Source: Chrysomallon squamiferum
Taxonomy: Eukaryota; Animalia; Mollusca
DNA length: 64,000 nucleotides
Assembly: GCA_012295275.1 (NCBI GenBank)
Contig: CM022672.1
Coordinates: forward strand, 16,058,001-16,122,000
Reading direction: 5' to 3'
Under the pieces are notes generated by a model. That model saw only the letters and a list, made by a program, of their open reading frames with translations, did not search any database and was not told the DNA's origin. Position numbers and translations under genes: made by a program. This document shows, piece after piece, positions 45,536 through 59,684 of this stretch. Numbering within the stretch: position 1 is the stretch's first letter; each line of letters starts with the position of its first letter.

Positions 45536-45590
45536 TAGCTCGGTGGAATGGAGTATTTGTCTAAGAAATAAAGGCTTATGAGATTAATCC
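45536..45590 (+). mobile_element. Possible decayed tRNA-derived SINE head
   Basis: TAGCTCGGTGGAATGGAGTATTTGTCTAAGAAATAAAGGCTTATGAGATTAATCC loosely resembles a tRNA 5' half and the 33035 element. Confidence 0.25.
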
Positions 45591-47868
45591 TTCTGAGTAC
45601 ACCCAACTGTGTTACTTCATATCAGAAGGGTATATTTAATAGCTTGGTTCTGCTGTATCACAAAATCATAATGTCCGTCACGAGTTGCAGTAATTAGATT
45701 GATCTTCCTTGGAAGGTCCATGGTTACTTACTGTTCAAGTGACTGTTGTAGGATGTTTCTACTGATCTTAATACAGTAATGGATTGTAATTAAATGATTA
45801 AAATGTTTGACTATGAAATGACTGGTTTCTTCTTATTTATTCAGTTGATATTATTGCAAAATGTGTGTTACTGCATGTTTCTACTCTAATTTATATTACC
45901 TAAGGAGATTTCCTTAGCACAGTGCTACATTTTTCATTCACATTTTTACAAAATTGCTTTTCTACTAGTATTTTTAGTGAAGTTAATTCTGTAAAACCAG
46001 GTTTGGTAGTTAGAGGATTTCCTTAAGTTGCGATGGTTCTCATAGTTAGTTGTTAACTATTTCCCCTTTTTGTTTTTGTTGGGAGTCTGCTACTGCATGG
46101 TTCTACTGTAACTGATTAATTAAACCAAGAGGCTGAACTGCACTAGTTTCAGGATCAGTTCTTTCTATCTGCTCATTGTGATATTTTCCTTTCCAACCAG
46201 TGCTCTGATAAACATCATATTAAAAGTACTTTATGTTTTCCCATTTATTGGAATGTGTTAACTCCTTTTTTTTTTTTTTTTTTTTTTTCACACATGAAAC
46301 AAAACCAGAAAAATGCCATTAATAACCATTAGTATTAAAATGTATTGAGATCTCATTGAGCTGCCATTCATTGAAAATGACTTCAGAAATGACAAAATCA
46401 ATAAATTATCTGTGTTGACAAAGATTTCATTTTAATCCATTGTGACAAATGTTTTTTTTTTCTCTCTCTCTCTCTCTTTTCCTTTAGAAGTAACTACTGA
46501 TATATTTAAGTGTGATTTTCTTTTCTTTTTTTTTTCTTTTTTTAAATTGTAGACAAATAGACAAAGATTAAAGACCTGCTGGGTGATGATCAACTGAAAA
46601 GTGTAGATGTAAGTGTTGCCAAGTCAAAAGGAAATAATGTAAGAAAGTCAGGGAATGATTCATTTCTCAGACTGTGGCAACAGTCTCTTAATCAACTGGA
46701 AACAGATAACAATTTTGTTATTTCAGGAATTGATTTATGTTTTTATTTAAAAATTTCATCTTTCTTTTATTATTTTTGGTATTGGGATTTGGGGGGTTTT
46801 GTGGGTTTTTGGGGGGGTTTTTTTGCTTCTTTATTTATTTTTAATTTTGATTTAATTTTTTTTTTTCTTTAAATATTCCATTTTTTAAAGTTGTAGGCAT
46901 AAAAATAGCCCATCACCAAATTTTACTATGAAACGTTACAACACAAAACTTTTGACTTAATTGCATGGTTACTTCTATCAGCAAATACAAGAAATTGTTC
47001 ATATGTACTTTCATACATACAGCAGAAGTCTTTCATTTAAAACAGTACTGGAAACAGTATGCAACATGAAAAAGACCAACTAGAAAGACAATCTAGAATA
47101 ACTAATGATACAGGACCAGTGAGTAGTCAATTCAGTGAGCTATAGACAGACCACTGCTTCCTTCAATATAAATTATTAAACCACTTAACTGCATGTTAAC
47201 CAAATAAAGTTTAATACTGGAATGAAAACAAAGTTTAATTACATTTACAGTAGCTAATTACACTCAGAAGTAGTTAAATTTCACTGACCTATTGATTTAC
47301 ACACTGTAACAACAAACAAACAGAGAATCATTATGTGACACAAGTTTAACAATGTTTGTTCTTCCTGATATTCATCTGCCAGTGTACACACACAATTAGC
47401 ACTGGCTAATGACAGTCAGTGTTGTAATCTAAATCTAATTTATGGCTGACTGGGTGAAAGATGAAGTATATTTAATTACCAGGAATCAATGTTCTATTAG
47501 AAAAGTAAACTTTAATAAAAACCCTGTTTATGAGAATGCATACATTAAAATTAAAATCCATAGGCTACCGGGTTACTAAATGTAATTTGTATTAGTCTTT
47601 GGTCTTACAATGTTTATTACATACTTGTAAATATGTATGTCTAATACAATCTTTTTAGGAACATTCATCCATATGCATACCCCTAACATATGTAAAATTG
47701 TGTGTGTGGGCATGCAAAATGTGTAATAAATATCATCACCACTACATTAATATATTTTTAAAAATGCACGAAGACAGACCAAACAACAGTGAACATACAT
47801 TTATTCTGCACATGTATATACACTCAAACAGAAAGCCATGTACAAACACATACATTAACCATACTCAT

Positions 47869-47913
<45 letters not shown>

Positions 47914-48050
47914 TAAATACTCAAATGCACATGCACAGACAATTACAATATACTGACCAAGATACATGTAAATTACAGATTATAGACAGTTACAGTATAC
48001 TTATTTTACATACACACCTACTTTACATACTATATCCAACAAACCATATA

Positions 48051-48097
<47 letters not shown>

Positions 48098-48589
48098 GCA
48101 CAGTCACAAGCAAATAAATAATTAAACTCTGAAAGCTTCTTGCATAATGAAGAGAAAATGAACTTGGATCAATGACTTACCAGTAACTTTAGATTTAATA
48201 AACAGCTGCTATCTAACAACACCCACATACATGCTTACAAAATCATCAACAAACGTTTCATTAATGTGTCTTACAGGATATTGTTTACATTATGTTGAGA
48301 ATATATTAACTCCCAAACCACAGATCAGTGAACTTGTTAACCAAATTCTTCTTGTTCTTCCCTTCATTTCGCTACTGCTGATTGACTCTGCCTTTGGGCG
48401 AGCACTGACAGTGAATGATAGTGCTAATAAAAATGTTATGATGTTTTATATTGTCGAGAAACATCCATCTTTGAACATTCTCTTTTTTAACTTTACATAC
48501 TTTTTATAGAATTGTTATACATGTCTGTTTAAAAAAAAAACATATGCTGATGTGCAAAGCACTCGGTACTAAACAAATCATTTATTAAT

Positions 48590-48970
48590 AGCTAAAGAAT
48601 TCACTTATGTCTAAAGATTTCACTAGTGCTTAAAGCTTTCACGAAAATCTAAAAATGTTCAGTTGTATTTAAAACATTCGCTACTATTCAAAGCATTCAG
48701 TAACATCTAAAGAATTCACTGACACTTAAATTATTCATGAATATTTAATTTATTGACTAATATCCAAACTATTCACTACTGTTCAGATTATTCATAAATA
48801 TTCAAAAGATTCTCTTATTCGTGAGATTCATCAACACTGAAGCAGTTCTGAAATATTCAAACTATTCACTGAAACAATTCATTAACACTCAAAGAATTCA
48901 CTGTCCTTCAGACTGTTCACCGATGTTTTAAATAATCAGTTAATCCCTGATATTCAGACTGTTCACCAGT
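48590..48970 (+). repeat. Degenerate minisatellite of about 18-19 bp
   Basis: Recurring aaagaattcact / aaactattcact / gactgttcacc. Confidence 0.7.
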
Positions 48971-51900
48971 AATCAAAACATGACAAAAGTCAATGATTTA
49001 CGATCACTGCTGTACAGATCACTGAACTGGTAATAAAAACCTGCACATGTCACTGCAGACATGTGACCCAAGACACAAGGTTAAGTGGCAAAATATTGAT
49101 GTCATGATGAAAAGCAACAGAAGTAAAGAGAAAGCACAGGATATCACACAGAGAACATTTCAACCTTTCTGAAAAACAAATGATCGTGATGATGATGAAG
49201 ATGATGATGATAATGATGACGATGGCAAAGAAAACTTTCTGAAATCAATGCAGATGGTAAAAAAAACATATGGATGTTTTTGGCAGCTCTCAGTGTTTGC
49301 TGTGAGATAATTGATTTGTTCTGAATTTAAAGTATTTTTAAAAAGAAATTAAAAATTAAAAATAATGATCTTTGGCTGTTTACTTTATTTCAGAATTAAT
49401 TAAAACGCCTGTTTGTGCTGCAGCATGCAATGGAAAAGTTTATCATGCTTCACGTGCTGCTGTCATTACTGGCTTGTCCAATCAAACTGTTTCTAGAAGG
49501 AATAAAAGAAACAAATTAACTGCAACAAAGTGAATAATGCAGTTGAATAATTTCATTTGATGTAACATTGTATGACTCAGTGTTAGCACTTGAGATTGAA
49601 AATGTTAATGAAAGTAAATTGTTTGTGTTGTGTAAACATGTACTAACTTCTTTTTTATTTTTTTTAAAATTGTTGGGCTGTAAATGAAAATAAATGAGTT
49701 AATGTCTCATTTACTTCTTCTGACCATATGAAAGCAGAGGGATCCATGGGTACTAAAAAGCTTGAATATAAATATTTATAGATAGCTGGATGGAAAGATG
49801 GAGCTAATGATGGACAGATGAATGGGAAGATATATTTAGGTATTAATTTAAAGAAGGGTGTAAATTTGGATAGAGATTAAATGAATACACATTTTGATGG
49901 AAGAAAGCAAGACAGATTCAGCATGTTTAATGTTTTATCTAATTTTAGCTAATCTGCATTTTACACATAAACATGGCTGAGAATCTCTCTTTGTACATTA
50001 ACACAGCCCTTGGTTTCTTCTCACTTGTGAAAACTACTCCCTGGTAAACACTGCCAAACTTCATTTCCAAGTCTATTTTCAGCAGCTGTTCACAAAGTGA
50101 CTTCATTAAGAACATTTGGCTGAGCAATAAACCAAAACAAAGCAACAAGTCTGAATTCAGTAAATATTTTCAGCCAGATACAGGCATAATAAATAAAGAG
50201 GCTAAAAGCACCTCCCCTTTTAACATAAAGCTGAGAAACATCAAACAAGTTCAACATGAACACGACTACTCAATTAACTGATATTAATAACTGCTTCATA
50301 AATAAAGATATATATATAGCTTTTGCAAACTGCAGGTAATAAATTTAAAAAAAATAGAGATAAAGAAGATTGTTAAGAATATGCTAACAGACACACACAT
50401 ATAAATGCATATATGCATGCAGTCATACACACACACAGACACATACCTGCATATATACATATATATATTAATATATACACACACATTTATGTATATATGT
50501 AAACACACACACTCATATATGTATGTGTATACACATGTCTACACCTTCCTTCAGTTATTACCTACTATTTTAATACATAAAATGACCAACCAGTCAGATT
50601 AGACAGAATGAGAAGAAAAAAGAAAATGACAGACAGACAGACAAACTATACAAACTTAACTGTCAGCAGATGAACTTCCATACAGGTGAGATTTGTTACA
50701 GGTGAAAGAGGTATAAGACAAATGCCAGGCTTATTATGTCACTGGAGGCTCACAACACTTTTGTTCTACCAATAATCTGTCATATTAAATATTCACCTTC
50801 ATAACCAAACATAATAAACACTGCACAACACACATCTATGTTTTTGTGTGTGCGTTTCTGTATGCATATAATCAGACATATTATAATTCAAAGGTGCACT
50901 GTAAATTATTAAAAAAAAATTAAAAAATAAAAAATTTAATAGCTTCATATTTTATCTCCTTTTAATCTTCTCATTTTTACTTTTTATTTTATTAAAAAAA
51001 AAAAAAAAAATTTTTTTATTTACGTATATATATTTTTATTTTATTTTTTATTTATATATATTTTTTTTAACAACAATAATAAATGTTTGATATAGGTTAT
51101 TTAGTAGTCAGAGTTTTTTCTTCTTTTTGTTTTCTTTTGGTTAAGTTTATTTGTGTTTATTTTGGGGGGGTTTTCTCCTGTTTTCTTAAATTGTATTTTT
51201 GACTAAAGACAAATATAAACATATTTTCCTTACAATTTTTAATCTTTTTAAACTGTAAATGAAAAAATAATTAGTCATTATCATGAAAACTTCCGTTGTT
51301 TTGCTACAACATTTTGAATGAATATATGAATAATAAATCAATTTTTCATCTTTTCATCTGACATTTATCACCAAAAGGTAAACACTGTTCAAAGAGTTAT
51401 TTCATATCAATAAAGTAAATACATGAGTAAAAAAAAATTAAAAATTAGAAATTGAAAAAAAAAGCAAGATTGAATAAATAATATTTTACAATTTTAAAAT
51501 TGTGTTAAATATTTATTTTTGTATTTATGGTTGTTTTTTATATTTTTCTTTTTCGTGTTTTTCTTTTTATTTATTTTATTTGTTTTGTAATTTTTTGATG
51601 TTTTTATTTTATTATTATTATTTATCATTATTTTTATTATTAGTGGTAGTATTTAGGGGTTTTTTTCTATTGCTTTTTTGTTTTATATCACTGAAACATA
51701 TATATGTATTTTTTCAGTCAATCATACTCACACACACAAAATATAATCAAATATATTTATGTTTGCATACATACAAACAGAAACATTACTAAAAGAAAGA
51801 GACGTGAATAATGTGATGGACCGAACACATGTATTGTAATTACTACATTACTATTTTAAACCATTGCATTTTTGGCAATTCAGCTGCAAAGAATTTTCAT

Positions 51901-52259
51901 ATTAGACCTTCCATTCCAATAATATTCCATCATGCTCTTACCAATATATTTTGCCAGTTGCATTTTTCAGTTATAATCTGTTGTCCATTTAAAATATCAT
52001 CAAATGTGGAAATTTGATATTTTTTAATATTCAAAAATGTTATAGTAATGACATCTTCACCTGCCATGCAACCCTCAGTTATTTTTTAACCATCTTAAGA
52101 GGTGAAATGAAATTATTTCCACCACATTATACACAGAACAAACATGACCAAAATAATGTGAATTGCAAATGATATGTGAATTTTATATCATACTATATAA
52201 AAAAACCCAGGGAGATATGACTATTCAGAAGATGAGGGTCATGTTAAAGGTGCCTGTTT

Positions 52260-52765
52260 TGGCTGTACAAGATGGATATCTGTCAAGGAATCATGACCGA
52301 ACTGTACAGGATATACGTTCTGATTGCACAGGATTCATGATTTGGTTGTACAATATACACAATCTGAATGTACAGGATACACAGTCTGTACATAATACAT
52401 GGTCTGACTGTACATGATACATGGTCTGATGGTCCAGAATACAAGACCTGACTGTACAAGGATACACAATCTGAATGTACAGGATACATAGTCTGTACAT
52501 AATACATGGTCTGATGGTAAGGATACATGACCTAACTGTACAAGGATAGGCAGTCTGACTGTACATGATACATTGACTGTACATGATACATGGTCTGATG
52601 GTCCAGGATACAAGACCTAACTGTACAAGGATACACAATCTGAAAGTACAGGATATATAGTCTGAACATAATACATGGTCTGATTGTACATGATACATGG
52701 TCCAGGATACAAGACCTGACTGTACAAGGATACACAATCTGACTGTACATGATACACAATCTGAT
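52260..52765 (+). repeat. Minisatellite of about 19-20 bp with higher-order blocks
   Basis: ctgactgtacatgatacatggt / ctgtacaaggatacacaat. A 50-bp block recurs at about 52357, 52464 and 52634. Explains the Cys-rich ORFs at 52283-52923. Confidence 0.95.
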
Positions 52766-52780
52766 TCACTGCTTTTAAAA

Positions 52781-53030
52781 GAGGTAATTTCAAGTGCCAT
52801 AAATTCTGATTTTTCTATGCATGTTAGCTGTGTATAAAGTGTTGAAGAGCTACACACCAGCACCCTTTCATTCTGACAACACCTGTTTGTCACCCAGTTT
52901 ATGTCCATTGTTGGAATGTTCACACAACAGTTTGCTGTTCCAGCCCAGGCACTTCCTACAGAGTTATGTGAATGTTACTGAACTGGGGTTTAATGTATAT
53001 TTTGTCAGTTTTCAGTTTAAGCTTCATTAA
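52781..53030 (+). repeat. Copy 1 of a long inverted duplication (identical core 52817-52992)
   Basis: 52817-52992 is the exact reverse complement of 59458-59633 (176 bp, compared base by base). 52781-52816 and 53016-53030 match the copy 2 flanks. Confidence 0.97.
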
Positions 53031-56000
53031 CCAAGGGAAAAAAAAAAAAAATTAAATTGTTAAATTAAATGAAAGAAAATCTGCTACATACATAGGTCGA
53101 CAAAATTATTTATCTATAATTTATGTATATTTGTATTTTTTATGTAAATATATTCTAATTTTTATTTTATTTTATTTAATTTTTACTTTTATTCTTTATT
53201 TTCACCATTTTTACATATTTATAAGTCACATGAAACTGCTAAATATAAAAGTGAACTAGATATATTCATTCCCATAGATATCTCATCACAATAAAAAAAT
53301 CCATTAAATTTAATAAATAAAAAAATAAATGTATAAATAAATAAATAATAATAAATAAATAGATAAATAAATAAATAAATAAATATGTTAACTAGGACCA
53401 AAAATAAAAAAATGGCCCATATGAAAAATCATTAACCAATGATGCCAACTATTTCCCAATAATTGCTATAATCAGCAAACTAAATATACATGGTTTTATT
53501 GCCAGAACTTTCTAAAACCATTTAAAAAAACAACAACAAAAAAACAAAAACAATAGCAAATTAAAAAATAACAACACCGAAAACAGGTAAAATAAGAAAA
53601 GAAAATACAAAAGAATAGCCTGTTATCATTGTTTGATCCAACAAACTGCAGTGTCTAGTACTGTTATAATAATCTCACATATTGTTAACTCTCCTTAACT
53701 TCACAAGTTTTCACAAAACAATTCGTTTCATTTAAAACAAAAAGCAAAGACAAAAGTTTCTAACAAAATTAAAGAAATGACAAAAGCTGGTGAATATGAA
53801 AAACAAAATGAATAAAAAATAAATAAATAAACTAAAAAAAATTAATAATAAACATAAATGTGACCTTCCCATACAAGTTTTATTTAAAATCTATATATTT
53901 TATGACTGTTTTATATTATATAAAAGTATGTGAAATAAATTTATTTTTGCTTTTTGAAGTATAAACAAAAAGGTAACAGAACAAAATGACAGCATTTAAT
54001 ACAAGAGGGATGTTGATTTACAAATAGGTTTCTACAAAAAGTTTTAAACCTTTTTTTTTTTTTTTTTTTTAAAGTTTGTTTTTCCTTTTGGATTTTCAAA
54101 CATATGTGCAAGATATATAGGTCTGCCTGGAATTGGGTTTTTTAAAACATTCTCTAAAATTTTGCACATGTTCTTTACTTAAACAAATGATCATATGTAG
54201 ATGTAGTTATGCATAATTACTTTTGTCATTATTTTTTTTAAACTTATTATTTTGTTATATTGATTATTATTATAATCCATAACGTCATCACATTATATTC
54301 ATTATATTTATTTTTGTTATTACACAAGTGTTATTTATAATTATTTAATTACTTAATCATATATTTTAATATAAAATTCATATAGTCATTATGTATATGT
54401 GAGTGTATATATAATTCAAGTAGACTTATCCACATACATTCATACATACATGCATGCATGCATATAGATACACTGCAAGTTATTTGTTCATCCGCAGATT
54501 TAAAACAGAAAAGAGATTTCATGTCATATTATTAGGCATATTATAAGGGAACCCAATATGCTGAAACAACATTACACTGTCTTGCTGTTCATATTACACA
54601 ATGACACCCTCAAAGTAGCTGTATGTCAATACAGTCAGCCAGTACATGTATATACAATAACACATGCATGAGTAGACTGCACACGCCTATCTCTATCTCA
54701 CAAACACATGCACACACAGACACAGACACACTCACAGACACATACAGACATATACAAACACACACACAAACTCACTCATAGACACATACAAAAAATATAC
54801 ATGCTCACATACACATAGACAAATACACACAGACATACATATACACACATATACATTAACACATGAATACAGACATACATTAACATATGAATACACAGAC
54901 ACACACACATTAACACATGAATACACACACACACACACAACCACACACATACAGACACATACACACACACGACACAACAGTTTAGACTAGTTCTTTAACA
55001 AATGATTGCTAGTTGATAACTGTAACTCTGGGGAGGAAAGCAAACTGCTATGTTTGAGTGAACTCACTGGGCTCACAACTAATAAAACTGTGATACATAC
55101 CACCGCACTGTTTGATAAAACTTGTTTCCATTTTACACAAACAACTCAATAAATTATACTCCACAGCTGGAAACAAGAACATTTATTACAACGCCTTCTT
55201 TATTTGGAATATTTACATATGTCTTGTGACATCTAAATAATCAACCTTTTTTTTTTTTTTTTTTTTTTTTGACTGGTCATTTCAACTACAGACTGAATAT
55301 TATATATAATAAAAATACCTACATTCCACAGATTATATCTTTTTTTAATTGTAATATTTCCATAAATAAAATGAAATCCATATCCATATCTAATCTGTCT
55401 ACATATCAAAGGTGTCTAAGATATCCATCATTGCAACATGACAGTAATGTTTTTGTCTTTTTAAATTCAAGACTTAATTTATAACAAAATTCATCCCATT
55501 ATTGTTCATAAAGAAAAGTTTTTAGTTATAAATATAATTTAAATAAATATTAAATTCACATGAAAATGTGACATCCAAATGATTTATCACTGAAGTGAAT
55601 AAAATATACAATTTTTTTTTTAAATTTAAATTTATGGTAATAGGGAATCTTATCTGCAACAAATAATAAATAAAGGAAATTTTTAATATTATATATAAAA
55701 TGATAAATAAAGATTACATTTCCTACAAAAACGTTTTTAAAAAATAATTAATTTCAATGACAAATATCAGTGACACCTTCTAAAATTTCAAGACAAAAAT
55801 TTATTTAAAAACCAGTATTAAATGTATTATTTATTTAAAAACTTGCAGGGTAACTTCTATAATTTTAGTTTGTTTGTTTGTTTGTTTGTTTTTATTATTA
55901 TTATTTTAATTAATATAAAACTTAGGCTACATATTAAAAAATATTATTATTTATCTGTAATAATGACAAATAATCATTTTTGAAAAAGTTATTGCTTGCT

Positions 56001-56188
56001 CTTACTCTTGCTCTCTCGTCTCAAACACACACACCCAAAACAAAACAGACTTCTATATATATTATAGTAGTATTCCATAACATTGTCATAATTCAAATAA
56101 TAATACTTTTATAAATTATTAAATTCAGAATGTCATAAAATAACAAAAAACAATGAAAAAGTAAAAGTAATGCAAATAGAATACTCAC

Positions 56189-56239
56189 CATCTTTAGAAC
56201 TACCCATGTTGTGATGCAACAGGTTTCAAATTCAACAAA
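56189..56239 (-). CDS. Candidate ATG-containing exon (ATG 56207; MGSSKD + phase-1 G)
   Basis: Minus strand ttttttttaAG|...ACAACATGGGTAGTTCTAAAGATG|GTGAGT: good start context and consensus donor. Phase 1 fits the 18357 exon, giving MGSSKDEFDLELL... Its 5' part overlaps a degenerate minisatellite, so it may be chance. Confidence 0.25.
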
Positions 56240-56680
56240 CTTAAAAAAAATCAAATAGTTTTTGATTCCACAGATTTGAAACACTATTTATCTCCAGAAA
56301 AACAAACCAAACACAAATTAGTTTTGAACTGAACAGGTTTAGATTCAACTGGTTTCTACTTCAACAGGTTTGTATTTAACACGTTTGGAATTAAACAAAT
56401 CCTTTTCCCACACAAACAAACATGAAAACAAATTTGAATTGAACCGATTTTGAATTCAAAATGTTAGGATTCAGTAGATGCTGAATTCAACAGGTTCTGA
56501 ACTGAACAGTTTCTGAAGAGTCAGCAGATTTTTAATTCAACAGGTTCCAAAGATTCAACAGATTCCGAGGATTCAAAAGGTTCTGAAGATTCAACAGGTG
56601 AATATTCAACAGATTAAAATTGAACAATTCTGAATTCAACAGATTTTGAATTCAAACTGAGTTCAGCAGATCTGAATGAA
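56215..56680 (+). repeat. Degenerate 16-18 bp minisatellite
   Basis: Recurring attcaacaggttctgaa / attcaacagattttga. Confidence 0.85.
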
Positions 56681-58359
56681 CTGCACTGCTGAGACTAAGC
56701 CAGAAAGCTCGCCAAGAACTAAATGATTTAAAGTTCTAAGAAATAATCTTGAAGTCTTGTACAGCTAATCCACATTTGTACAGATTCAAATAACACACCA
56801 GCACAAGTTCCAAGTATTGTAAACATATAAAGTTCCCTTCCTTTTCAGCTTTTTTTTTTTTTTTCCCTCTCCAGCTAAAACAATTTTCTAGAAAGGTTTG
56901 GCAACATACTTTCTAAGTTGGAATCGCATAAATGAGAAAAAACAATCATCATTAAAAACAAATATGTTAATTTTGCCAAGTATATTTAATATTAAAAATA
57001 AAATATTTATTTTTTTTATTTTAATATTTTATTATTTTCTGTATTATTATTATTTTATTATTATTATTATTTTTTTTTTTTTAAGATTTTTCAAAAAATA
57101 TATAAGAGAATAATAATTGTCATTAAAAAATAATAATAATATCAAATAATTTAAAAACTGTTTGAGATTACTTGTTTACATTTTTCCACAGTTCAGTTCT
57201 TGACAGAAGCAGTTCAAGTAACTGGTTACTTTATCCAGTTATTTACTTTCCAGTTTAAAATTTACACTGAGAAAGTTTTCTGATGTAAAAAAGAGAAAAC
57301 TCAACAAACTTCTTTAGATGTTAATAAGTCCTTCAAAGAGGCTCAGAAGAGATGGGGCAAAAAAAAAAAAAAAAAAAAAAAATGTACACAAGAAATTGTT
57401 TGTTTTTCCTTTTCTAAAAAAAAATACAAACAACAGCATGAAAAAGAAATGAACTGAAATGTGGTCACATCCTTGCTGGAATCAAATCAGCTATCCGCTG
57501 CATTAAGGTGGGTGCTCCACTTCAGAGTGTCAGATATCATATGATAGTCCCAGCCACTGATAGGAATATTTTATAACATGAACTCTGAACCAGTAGGGAA
57601 AAAAAAGTCTCTAATACTTGATCCGTCAGCCAAACACTACAGAGAATGTAAGGAAGCTCCTGGTGTACTAAGAATACAGTGGGTTAAAAAAAAGAGTGAA
57701 AAGGCAGAGAGACGGAGAGATGGGCAAAAAAGAGACATCCCAGTGGGTACAATGAGAAGAGACCAAGCCCCTTTTTTCTCCTTTGTGCTGTGAATGCTAC
57801 AAAGGTAAACAGCTGATAGTGAGAAGATGAAACTGTACACTGTGCTGGTCAGATGCTGGAATGTGAGCCAAGTCAACACTGGGTAATGTGACAGGGATTA
57901 AGAATGTTTCGTTACTTAACTTGAGTGCACATTTTTAGAGCTGTCAAAGATTTTTTGTTGTTGTTGTTGCTGTTCTTCTTGTGGGAGAGGAACAACAGTG
58001 CTTTTAAGTGGGTTTTTGGTGGGATTTTTTTTTTTTTTCTAAAATGTCTGTTGTGAAGGGGTCAAGAGTCCTGTCGTATATTACTCTTTTTATTTAACAA
58101 GTGGCAGTTCCGACTGTAAATGAAAAATGTGTGATTATAACAGGACAGAAAATAAAACTGATGTTGGATATTTATTTTTGAAAGTGTACAGTTACAGTGG
58201 GAAAAGATTTGTAAAAGCTTTTTGTCCTTAAACTGTTTCCAAAGTGCTTTCTTAATGAAGTCATCATGCACTGCTGAGTTTGTCTCATCAGACGTCCGTG
58301 TCAGTTTAAATATCAGTTTCACACCTTTTCATACTCCACTGCCTCTTTCCAAGGTAACT

Positions 58360-58407
<48 letters not shown>

Positions 58408-59408
58408 GCATGCATGCACACAAAACCTGCAAATACATACATACATTAATCCGTATATATATGTATGAATTTACATACACAAACCACATTTATATCTAGA
58501 TATATATATATACACATATATATGCAAACACAAACAGAAGTCTCTATGCAAGAAGAGGTTTAAAAATGAAAGAACATCGACAGGATTTTATTATAATCAT
58601 TTACCTGCCTGTGACCACCCAGGTTATACACTACCTGCTGTCATTTATCAGCTGCATATCTGTCATCTGAAAATACCCTTCATGCAAACATTAACCAAAG
58701 GCAAAGAGTATGTGGTCCTCCATTCGATCTTGTAAGTAATAAAGCTGCCATACTTATATAATCTTCATAAATAAAAGTAGATTTGTTAAAAATGAGTCAT
58801 GGTAGCAATTATACATTTTTATAGCCGAGTTGTATGTTTTTCTCTGTGTGTTTGTGTGTGTATCTGTTGTATGCTCTGTGTAGATGCATGATGTGTTGTT
58901 TGCCTGTATGTATATGTTATCTGTGTATGTGTTTTTGTGTGTGTGTGTGTGTGTGCATGCGAGAATGATTGTAGATGTATGTAGATATGTACATCCATGT
59001 ATTTGTCATGTGATCTGCACAAAGTACACTTGCCTGTGATAAACAAATGTTAACATCATAGAGAAAATCAGTAACTTTTACAAATCACAATGTTTATCAT
59101 GTCAATAATTATCTCAAATATGTTCTGTGGACAATTAATATTAATCCAGTAATTGTTTGTGTTTGTGATTTAATGTTTGACAGAATGAAAGAGACAGAGA
59201 GAGGGAAGGGAAAGAAAAACAGAGGAAAGAGAGAAAGACTGAAACAGAGAAAAATGGAAAACACAGAGATAAAGAAAAATATATAGAGAGGGAAAAGTTG
59301 AGGCAAGGAAAAAAAGACACACGCAGAAAGAGAGAAAAGATAGAATATGTAAAGGTCATCTTCTTTAATTTACTCATATTACCATTTTAAATAATGTATC
59401 TTTTCTGC

Positions 59409-59684
59409 TTAATGAAGCTTAAATAAGTAAGTGAAAGTGAGCTGAGCTAGTTGAGTCTAAACCCCAGTTCAGTAACATTCACATAACTCTGTAGGAAGTG
59501 CCTGGGCTGGAACAGCAAACTGTTGTGTGAACATTCCAACAATGGACATAAACTGGGTGACAAACAGGTGTTGTCAGAATGAAAGGGTGCTGGTGTGTAG
59601 CTCTTCAACACTTTATACACAGCTAACATGCATGTAGCCAGAGCCATAGAAAACCTCCGAATTTATAGCACTTGAAATTACCTC
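59409..59684 (-). repeat. Copy 2 of a long inverted duplication (identical core 59458-59633)
   Basis: Reverse complement of copy 1. The same peptide appears in the ORF track at 52821(+) and 59447(-). Confidence 0.97.

Noticed and set aside
49100-49175. C/D-box snoRNA (ATGATGA...CTGA)
   Set aside because: No terminal stem or recognisable guide; these boxes are common by chance.
52291-52923. 210-aa Cys-rich ORF
   Set aside because: Product of the 52260-52765 minisatellite; open in several frames.
52821-53030. Duplicated peptide MLAVYKVLKSYTPAPF... as a two-copy gene
   Set aside because: Identity is at the DNA level with no synonymous changes, and the ends differ between copies; no evidence of coding.
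52781-59684. Intact TIR DNA transposon
   Set aside because: No transposase remnant or target-site duplication seen, the outermost ends are the diverged part, and the interior looks like ordinary host intron. Not fully excluded.
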